64,000 nt of DNA. Source: Octopus bimaculoides (Eukaryota). The position numbers and the translations under genes are program-made. The DNA lies in assembly GCF_001194135.2 (NCBI RefSeq), contig NC_069004.1, forward strand, positions 9,372,255 to 9,436,254. The letters are read 5' to 3'. Below the pieces are notes generated by a model. The model had not been told where the DNA came from. It ran no database searches and was given only the letters and a program-made list of their open reading frames with translations. Of this stretch, positions 53,877-64,000 are shown piece by piece (the first letter of the stretch is position 1; the number at the start of each line of letters is the position of its first letter).

Positions 53877-54358
53877 CGGTGGTTGTAGTTCTGGTGGTGG
53901 TGGTGGTTGTTGTTTGTTGTTGTGGTGTAGTTGTTGTTGTTGTGGTAGTGGTGGTGGTGGTGGTAGTAATTGTTGCTGTTGTGGTGGTAGTGGTTGTAGT
54001 TGTGGTGGTGGTCGTAGTGGTAGTGGCTATGATTGTAATGGTGGTGGTGGTGGTTGTAGTGGTTATGGTTGTGGTGGTAGTGGTTGTTGTGGTAGTGGTT
54101 ATGGTTGTGGTGGTAGTGGTTGTAGTTGTAGTGGTGGTCGTAGTGGTAGTGGCTATGAGTGTAATGGTGGTGGAGGTGATTGTAGTGGTTATGGTTGTGG
54201 TGGTAGTGGTTGTAGTTGTGGTGGTGGTGGTGGTGGTGGTTGTAGTGGTAGTGGTTATGGTTGTGGTGGTAGTGGTTGTAGTTGTAGTGGTGGTGGTTGT
54301 GGTAGTAGTTGTGGTTGTTGTGGTGGTTGTCGAGATGGTAGTCGTAGTGGTGGTGGTA
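53877..54358. repeat. Compound (GGT/AGT/TGT)n trinucleotide array with higher-order ~30-bp units
   Basis: Read directly; source of the poly-V, poly-T, poly-H and GCS-rich ORFs. Confidence 0.95.
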
Positions 54359-55119
54359 AAAATGTGTATGCAGCGTGTGCGCGTGTTTGTAGTAGATATA
54401 TGTATGTAGTGTGTATGTGTGTGATAGCATACATACACAAATGCAAGCATACCACACATACCATACATACATACATACGCGTGCGCGCTTATGTGTAGAC
54501 ATACCACTCACACGCACACATACACACAAGATCTATACATACACACAAACAATTACACCTAGACACATACACACACAGAAGCATGCATACAAACACACAC
54601 ATGCACATACACGGATAAAAATGCGCCCACACAGTCACACACACGGTCTCTCTCTCACACACACACGCATGCACACACAAACACACTCAAGTATATACGC
54701 ATTGGTTCCTATTTCTTGAAATTCTTCCAGAAACGAAGCAGCTGATCTGTGAGAAACAAAGCGGCATCAAAGATATTTAGACAGCAGGAACAACATCAAC
54801 AAGATATATTTCTTAGCCACCCCCACGCATACATACATACACACACACAGACACGTGACCAAGTTCCAACCGTGGGATGATGGAGTAAATAGTAATCGTA
54901 ACTTTGAAGAAGTAAACAACGCGACGATTATGGAATTTAGTCCGTGGAGATAGAATTTGTATTTGATAGTGTGGAATCTGGTTCTATGAGGCAACAACAC
55001 AAATAACAACAACAACAACAACAGCAAATAACAGCAAAAGCATTAGGAAGATAAAAAAGAAGAACAACAACAACAACAGCAACGAGAATACATGTATACA
55101 CACAAACACAGTAAAAGAA

Positions 55120-55153
<34 letters not shown>

Positions 55154-58100
55154 NNNNNNNNNNNNNNNNNNNNNNNNNNNNNNNNNNNNNNNNNNNNNNN
55201 NNNNNNNNNNNNNNNNNNNNNNNNNNNNNNNNNNNNNNNNNNNNNNNNNNNNNNNNNNNNNNNNNNNNNNNNNNNNNNNNNNNNNNNNNNNNNNNNNNNN
55301 NNNNNNNNNNNNNNNNNNNNNNNNNNNNNNNNNNNNNNNNNNNNNNNNNNNNNNNNNNNNNNNNNNNNNNNNNNNNNNNNNNNNNNNNNNNNNNNNNNNN
55401 NNNNNNNNNNNNNNNNNNNNNNNNNNNNNNNNNNNNNNNNNNNNNNNNNNNNNNNNNNNNNNNNNNNNNNNNNNNNNNNNAGGAGAGAATTATGTCAAAA
55501 CACCAGTGTCTGATGATCCACCGACGATATTCTAAGGCAAAATGTTACAGCTAACCCCGTCGTACGTGTGTATTCACATTATCAATGAATTTGTGACAAT
55601 CGAATCTTTGCTATCAATATGGTGAAGTAAATTTCATTTCTGACATCTTGCTACGAACTTCTCATCAAAAGACTACGCAGTTTCAGGAAAAGAGACATTA
55701 AGCATGCACTAATAAGACTAACAGGTGCCGGCATGATGATAGGATGAAGATATTTATTTCTTAACCACTTGAATCCGGGCTCGACTGCACTTCTCGGTAT
55801 AATAGGGATGTATTTTCTTCTATAGATTCATATTACGCGCTGGGATAAACTGCAGAAGACCGCTGTATGTGTGTATTAGCCTTTGTCTGCCACTCTCCTT
55901 CGTTGTGTGTGTGTGTGTGTCTATCCCTATCTCTCTAGCTTTGCCTATTGATATAGGCATATACATGTAACATACACATTATATACTTATGTGTACGTAT
56001 GTGTGTGAGTGTATGTATATATATGTGTGTGTGTATTATGTACGTGCATATATATGTATATATAAATATATATGTATGTATATATATACATATATATTAG
56101 TATATAAATCTATGAATATATTGACTCTAATACACACACACACATGCGCATATATATTATCGTGTATTTTCGAATGAAGCCACAGAGTTATCTAGTTCAC
56201 TATCTGCCTGTCTGTTTGTGTATTACACTAACCAATCACAGACGCACATCGCCACACCAAGTCCCACACACGGTAGTATCAAGTAGTTTCTTACCTACGA
56301 GTTAAACAAGATGTTATTCAGGTGGTACACTCAGAACAACAGTTAACTTGGCATCCGGCTGTATATAGCACCAACACCCAGCCATTTACACACGTACGCA
56401 CACTGCATGCACACGTCGACGAATACATACACACACTCACTCAAGCACTTATCTATGTATGTACTCGTTCATTTTTAATCTTGAAAAATTCTTCCCTCCT
56501 CACCACCGTCGCCTCAAACAAACAGTTGGTCTGTAATTATGAAACAAATCTCAATCAGATATTTAGACTAACAACAACTATTTGTTATACAAAACACTCC
56601 ACATCATAGGTGCAGCGGCTATACAGTAATGATCTCTCAAAATGGCATATCTATACAAATGTTTCTCTCCGAGTTTGTTTACTCATAGCTTCCAAAAAAA
56701 AAAAAAAAGATATTTTTAGATACAATTTTCTAAAGATATATTTCACATAGTGTAGATTGCGATTCTATCGAAATTTAATGTGGAGAAAAGAATAAAAAAA
56801 TTGATGGGCGCACACACATCGCATGTATTTACAAAATGAAACTTGAAATTTCGAAAAAATATGTGATAGGTGTCAATTTGTATGTGTACGCCAGCCAATT
56901 ATTTTTTCACATCAAATCCGGATGTAATCTGAATTTACACCATCTGAAAGATATTTGCAGAAAATTTCATTAAAAATTATCAGTTTTTCTGAAAGTTATG
57001 AGGAAACAAAGACAGACAGCGTACACTTGTGTAGGTACGCCGTCGTGACCGAAGGGGGCTCTCAGCAATATGTGTATGTGTGCGCGTTTGCCTGAATGTA
57101 TGCACGTATCTATGTGTTTTTTGTTTTTCCTTCGCTTCTTAAATATCAGTGTTGGCTTCATCTAAAAAGAAAATAAAGAGGCCGATAAAATAACCCTAAC
57201 CCTAAAACAAGGGACGATTCGATCAACATAACCCGCCAAGGCGGTGCCCAGCATGGCCTTAGTTCAATGACTGAAAGAAATAAAAGGATTAAACTAATCC
57301 CTTAAATATTAACAGCACAACTTCCAAGACTGGCATTTAATAAAAGAAGGAACCAGAAGTATTACTTTCAATCATGAATCTTAATAAAATGGCAAAATTC
57401 GGCAGTTGAGAGGGGAAGTAAGCAAACCTGATGAGTCTTAAAAGAGATGAAACAAGGTGATCAATTCCTCACTCTTACATGAAAAAGGTGTTGTGATTTA
57501 TTCAAGAGTTAAAAACATGTTGTATATAATTATATGCGCAGGCGTGGCTGTGTGGTAAGAAATTTGCTTCCCAACCACATGGTTTTGGGTTCAGCCCCCT
57601 TGCGTGGTACCTTGGGCAAGTGTCTTCTACTATAGCCTCAGACTGACCAAAGCTTTGAGTGTGGGTTTGACGAAATCTGAAAAAGCCCGTCATGTAAACA
57701 CACACGCGTGTGTTTGTCCCCAGCATCGCTTGACAACCTGTGTTGGTTTCTTTACATCCCCGTAATCTGGCGATTCGACAAAAAAAAAAATCTGATAGAA
57801 TAAGTGATAGGCTAAAAAGACAATAAGTACTGGGATCGATTCGTTCGACACAAATTCTTCAAGGCGGCGACACAGAATGGCCATAGACTAATGACTGGAC
57901 CAGATAAAAGATAATAGATTTATAGATGTGCATGTGTATGTGTGTGTGTCTATATGTACTCACGTTTTAATACAGGTGTATGCTGGCGTGTGTGTGTACG
58001 TACTATATGCACAGTATGTGTGGGTGTATCTTGTATGTGTGTGTGTGTACATACAGACATACACATAAATAGATAAACACGAAATACATTTAGATACATA

Positions 58101-58205
58101 TATTTATACATGTATACGCATGAATGGTTGCATGAATGTATTTATGTGCCTATGTTAATTTATATAACTGCCTGATTCTATGTTATAGGGAAAAAGAAAG
58201 ACTAC

Positions 58206-58248
<43 letters not shown>

Positions 58249-58774
58249 AGACTATAACAAACTAATACAACGGGCGGAGTTGGAGGAGAAAGATGAGGTA
58301 AGGTGGTGGTGTGTTGTGTTTCTGTTCTCAAAGGCCTGAGAGAGTGTTTCTATTAAAAGACCACTTTTGAACTGTCTTTCTGTAATGGTTCCCACCGTCG
58401 CTTTGTCCCCACCTCTCTCTCCCTCTTTCTCTCTCTCAGAGAAATTATATTTATTTCGACACACATACTTATACACACATACTTATACACACACACACAC
58501 GTGTGTGTGTGTATGTGTGCGCATAACTCTATATATAATACATTGTATAAAGATATAGATATAGCTATATATCTATATATATATATGTATATATGTATAT
58601 AGATACACATACAAGAGAAACACATTTAACACAAATGCACACACAAAGACACATACATATATACATACATACCAAAGTAAGCATATAAACGTGAAACAAG
58701 GTGGGGAAAAATAGTACTCGAATACCAGAGGTAGAGTAATATGCTTTATTATTACTAAAGCAGCAAAAACATAA

Positions 58775-58900
58775 CAAAAATGTCACAATAAACTGCTACT
58801 CAGAGTTTCACGTTCCCGTTCGTCGGACAGTTTACATTGAGAATCTGTCCGACGAACGCGAACGTGGAACTCTGAGTAGCAGTTTATTGTGACATTTTTG
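58775..58900. repeat. Hairpin/palindromic repeat, 56-bp arms, 14-nt loop
   Basis: caaaaatgtcacaataaactgctactcagagtttcacgttcccgttcgtcggacag pairs with 58845-58900, with 2 mismatches. Confidence 0.95.
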
Positions 58901-61296
58901 TGATATTTTTACATGCACACACACGCACACACACGCACACACACCCACCCCCACATCACACCACACCCCCACACGCACACATACCCTTAGAACAGTCTTT
59001 TTTTTTTTCGCAGTTTTCGTCGAATAAATTCCAAGCAGAAGATATTGATGAGCCTGATGTCAAAAAGTTTTTTTTTTTTAATTAATTTAGGAAGTGTACC
59101 CCCTCACTGCAATCGAACCGGAAACTACTGGGTTAGAAAATAAACTTCTTATCAGACAGCTACGCCTGCAGCTACATACATACATGATGGCCGTCCACTT
59201 GTGACCGAGGAAGACCATTGTTGACCATTAGGAACATTGTACGCTTTAAGACTAACTTATATTTTGCATTTGCGGCTTACATGATGGCCGTCCACTCGAT
59301 AAAATAAATATATATAAAAGAAAAAACGCAGCACATATGGAGTAGAGGTCAGCAATGCATGTACAGAGTTTTAGGTTACATAAAGCTTGCACGATACCTC
59401 ATAGTCCCTCTCCATTCTATTGACACTATCCAGAGACAAGCCAGAGCGACATGTCTGGTGCCAATATTAATCGAAGGCTCAGGGATGTGGGGGCGCCATG
59501 ATCTCTAACACAAACCAAATATCCCCAAAATGTCCAATGCCATTCCCTGCATATTTGGTTTTATATGTGAGTGACCTTCTTCTAGAGACATGCTTCAACA
59601 GAAGATAAGGAGTGTCTCACTTCCAGTGGCCTTTTAGTACGCCGGACACCATCCTGGAACTTCTGAGTACCCGTGCTATTGCTAGATTGTCCCTGAGCCT
59701 GCACCAGGTTCATCCGACCATTCAACAGGTCTTGTTTTTAATCCTGCTGGGTTTCTAGCAACCCTCCTCACCAGGGTAGCCTGGTGGGGGTGCTGGTTTA
59801 GTCGTCGATATAAAATGAAAACTTTTCATCTAAAAACGCCTCTTCATGGCACATACTTTGGCGTGAGGTGAAGTTTTGGTTCGGTAAAATATTATATTCT
59901 CTCTTAAGTCGTTTCTTGCTGCCAGCAGCCTACATCAAAGAAGTACATATTTCTGAAGTGTCACTGTTAGTGTCGTCTGTGGCGCAAGCATTGCAGAAAT
60001 GAAGTCGAAACGAATAATTTCTAAGAATTCACCTTACGACATTAACATCACTATGACGTCACAATAGATTTGCGTCATAATTTTGGTAAGACGAAAGACG
60101 AGCATGTTATAAGCTTGACTCTTACCACACATATCGAATGGACTATGACTATGATAAAAAATGAAGATGAAATGGCTTACTTGCCCACCAAAGCAAGCAG
60201 TTTCATTTTACTGTTCTTTTAAATTACAGTTCACTTTACGGTCATGTATCTTTTTTTTTTTAAACACACTATTACAACAAATATTGCATAAGATCGTCGA
60301 AAATTACAACAAGCGGCAGCAACCCGTCGCATCCAAACTGAAGTGGTGATATTACAACTCTTTATTTTTCCAAACAGTTCTTCTAATCTCCCCCCCCCCT
60401 CTTTCTCTCTCCAATAGCACTCTCTTCTTACCTTCTGAGTTTGCCAATTTCACTCTGATAACATTTTTCCTCTTTTTTCCCTGTAGATATCTTTCTCTGA
60501 TATCTTCCGCCACTCTCTTCGTCCGACACAATTTTCTTTGTCTCAACTTCATTGTCTCTTTCATTTTCATTCTTCTGTCGTGCTCCTTCTTCCTTACTGG
60601 TTGAAGGCAACGGTTCCCGAGTTCGCATTTCACTTGAATTTTTCATTTGATTTTTCCATTTTTCTTTTTTTCTTTCTTGTTCTCTTCCTTGTTTGTTTTT
60701 TTCTTTTCTTCTCCTTGGGGCTTTTAGGTTTTGATTCTAAATTCCTTTTTCTTTTCACCACCGTAAATTCCTCGTCCATTTTCTCCTCTGCTACAGCTGT
60801 ACTCTCTTCTTGAATTTCTGTTTCTATCATTTCCTCCTCGTGTTTACCCCAATGTCTTGTTTTGTCTGTCCTTGTGGTGTCCCCTCTTTATAAAGGCCAT
60901 GTGCCTAAATAAAAGAAATCGAGCATGTTATTAGCTTGACTTTTACCCCTGACAGCTACACTAACAACATTTTTATATACACTCTGTTGAAGAACAAGAG
61001 CCTACATTAAGACAAGATTTTCAACTCTACCCGGCAATTACAACCTTTTCTCATTCACCCAACTCTCCTCTTGATTAATTGTTACCGACGCAGTCCCAAC
61101 CTTAGCTAGTTTCCTCAGATTATGAATTTTACTCTTAGATAAGATAACCCCCCATCTAGATCAAGTATAGCCAAAATAATGAAAACTGTCTTGTACTCCA
61201 GATATTACAAGCTAGCTTACATTTCACGTTCTGAATCACACACTCGTCCCTGCAATGCCGATGCTTGTCTCGAATTTCAGCGAAACGGAAGATATA

Positions 61297-61417
61297 TACC
61301 ATATTTCTGTTGAGATGCTCTGTGTTGCTTTCAATTAATTTTAGATATAACAAAGAATTTAGTAGAATAACCTAGTTATCATTAAGCAACACAGAGCATC
61401 TCAACAGAAATATGGTA
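61297..61417. repeat. Perfect 34-bp inverted repeat with 53-bp spacer (MITE-like)
   Basis: taccatatttctgttgagatgctctgtgttgctt at 61297-61330 and its exact reverse complement at 61384-61417. Confidence 0.92.
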
Positions 61418-62084
61418 ACAAAAGGTTTAAAGCAGAAAGAACGAGAAGTGGTAGTTTCAGGTGAGTTAATCAAAGAATGCTAAAGAAAATGACATGTTAA
61501 ACAGGAATTGTTTGAACGCGTGACTTCAACGAACAGTGGGAACCTGAGTATTTATTTATAGAAGGTCGTTGCATTAGAACGATTGTTTCAGTACATAGTT
61601 TCTCACATAACAAAAAGCATGTCCTCGTTTATAGTCATTATAAAAGCGCAACATTTGACGAAAATAGAACAGAAACTGGAGCTAGTTGTTTGGGCGTGTG
61701 TTGCACATACAACATATGTTTAGTTGACATGATAATTTTTTGTCAAGTCATTAACCCTGTAGACAGTTTTCAGACGTAAGACTATTTTCAGAAACTTTCA
61801 TATGTAGTTTCAGAATGACATACATATGTAAAGAAAATTTTTATTCCACGAAAACTTATATAAACACAAGACGTAGTTAAATCGGCTGATTCAACTTACA
61901 AGAATTCTCCGCTACTCTCACTAACTAATTAAAACTCCAGTACAAAAATTTAGCGATATTTAACCTGATCCCAGCCTCTTGGACTTTAGCGTTCCCCAAG
62001 TTTCTAATATATATATCTAATGTTCCATAAAAGTAATGTCTTCGTTGTTTTCTATATTAAATAATTGTATAATGTAAAAATACT

Positions 62085-62510
62085 AGGCGCAGGTATGGTT
62101 GTGTGGTTAAGAAGCTCGCTTTGCAACCGCGTGGTTATGAGTTCAGTCCCACTGTGTGGCACCTTGGGCAAGTGTCTTCTATTACTATTATAGTCCCAGG
62201 CCGATTAATACCTTGTGGGAGTGAATTTGGAAGGCAGAAACTGTGTGGAAGCCCGTCGTATATGTGTATCTATGCCTATGTTTATGTCAATGTGTGTGTG
62301 TGTGTGTGTGTGTGTTTGTCAAACACCCTCATCATTTGGCAACCAGTACTGGTTTGTTTACAGTCCTGTAACTTAACAGTTCGGCAGAAGAGACCGATAG
62401 AATAAATATAAAACTTTAAAAAAAGAAATCATATGTACTGGAGTTAGTTAAATCAATTAAAACTCGCCAAAGCGGTGCTCTAGCATGGCCGCCCTCCAAT
62501 GACTGAAGAA
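62085..62510 (+). mobile_element. Family-B SINE, diverged
   Basis: Head ggcgcaggtatggttgtgtggttaagaagctc and core gagtgaatttggaaggcagaaactg. Confidence 0.7.
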
Positions 62511-63529
62511 AATAGAAAATAAAAGATATCAACACTCGTGCAACCGTCCTGTCGACAATGGCGGTGTATGGAATTTGTATGTTTGTGAAGTCCTTGAATG
62601 AACTCTTGTAAGTACAGTGTTTACTAACGGGGTTTGTCTATTTTCTTGTCTTCTTTTGCTCTAGCCCTTTCTCCCCTAATCAGAACCATTGCGATATTTT
62701 TTTCTATCGTTTATTTGTTTTAGTCCCAAACCCTCGTAGGATTTGGTGAAACAAATCGATCCCAGTACTTACTTCAAGTCTGATACTCACGGGGGCATAA
62801 ACAAACCAACACTGGTTGTCAAGCAGTAGAGAGAGACACATACAACTACACACACACACACACACGACGGGTTTCTGTTAGTTTCAATCTATCAAATCGA
62901 ATCACAAGGTTGTGACCGGTTTGGGTCTATTGTGGAAGATACTTGCCCAAGGTGTCGCACAGTGGAATTGAACACAAGACATGCCTGATGCTAAGCGGGT
63001 GCAATGGATGGCCCTGCCCACCTCATTATTCAATGGTGTATCCTCAAATTTAGAGTAATACACTTATTTCGAAACTCCACTTTAGCGTTATTACAAATTA
63101 ATGTTCACCAAGAATATTCTGAAGTACCCACAGACACCAAAGTCTGGCAAAGGGTCTGACAAAATACCGCATAATTGGGAAACAACGTCTGCACCTGTAC
63201 CACTAAATAACTGTTCTCGGAATTTAATTCTGTCCTGAGTGGCCATAGTTTCAGGAATACATTTTTTGTTTTAGTTTGGTGATTTAAGTCAAGACACAGG
63301 TCGTCGTTGTTGAATCAGCAACAACATGGCGGTTAAACAACTGAAACATTTACATCCTGATAGGTATAGCGTATTAAAAAAGGCGATGATGAATTTGCAC
63401 TTTCCACCCTTAATCAAATGAGATCCTGGTCCCGTGACCCGGCTGTTTAAGACACCATTGAAGCAGGCAGACATTTGCGGCTTTCTCTTCGCTCATTTAC
63501 GCTCTGATTATTTACCGCATCGCACTCAT

Positions 63530-63532
63530 TGT

Positions 63533-63568
<36 letters not shown>

Positions 63569-64000
63569 TGCTCACACATATACACACTCACATACACACA
63601 CATGCGAGTACATACCTTCACATACACACACATGCGAGTACATACCTTCACATATACACACATAGACGCACATTATCTCTCACTGTCTCTTCATTATCGT
63701 TTTGCTTTTCCAAGTATTTTTGTTTCTTTCTCTTTCTCTGAAACACACACACACACACACACTCTGTCTCTCTCTCTTTCTCTCTCTTTCTCTCACACAC
63801 ACATACTTTCTCCCCCTCTCTCTCACTCCCTCTCTTTCTCTCTCTCTCTCTGAAACACACACACATACACACACACTCTCTCTCCCTCAAATATAGTTTC
63901 TCTCACCATCTCTCTCTCTCTCTCTCTCTCTCTGACACACACACACACTCTCTTTCTCTCTCTCCCTCAAATATAGTTTCTCTCACCATCTCTCTCTCTC
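63530..64000. repeat. (CT)n/(CA)n compound region with 30-bp and ~70-bp tandem duplications
   Basis: acacacatgcgagtacataccttcacat occurs twice; ctctccctcaaatatagtttctctcaccat occurs twice. Confidence 0.85.

Noticed and set aside
53668-54498. 276-aa Gly/Cys/Ser/Tyr-rich ORF resembling a structural or keratin-associated protein
   Set aside because: It is the translation of a stop-poor trinucleotide array that is open in several frames and runs on into (TG)n. A donor-like site precedes the array.
1-64000. CRISPR arrays, rRNA, prokaryotic operons or defence systems
   Set aside because: There are no regularly spaced repeat-spacer arrays or rRNA-like sequence; the window is intron-containing animal DNA.

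Overview
AT-rich eukaryotic genomic DNA, dense in microsatellites and SINEs, with many N gaps. The repeat families suggest an octopus (cephalopod) draft assembly; this is inferred from memory of those families, not from a search. I can build two complete spliced protein-coding genes, arranged head to head. CCDC43 is on the minus strand (5 coding exons, 31241->23739, 251 aa) and LIPT1 lipoyltransferase is on the plus strand (4 coding exons, 36624->42626, 401 aa). The most notable signal is that CCDC43 introns 3 and 4 both carry U12 (minor spliceosome) donor and branch-point motifs, which isolates a 125-nt exon between two minor introns. Other signals are a near-perfect ~320-bp foldback in LIPT1 intron 3 (a candidate dsRNA/ADAR substrate) and a 1.8-kb hAT derivative flanked by an ~85-bp duplication. 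The rest is four abundant SINE-like families, decayed LINE, Tc1/mariner, hAT and piggyBac-like remnants, and simple repeats. Almost all ORFs in the supplied track are microsatellite or gap artefacts. I see no convincing evidence of a wholly new biological system. Repeat boundaries are approximate.
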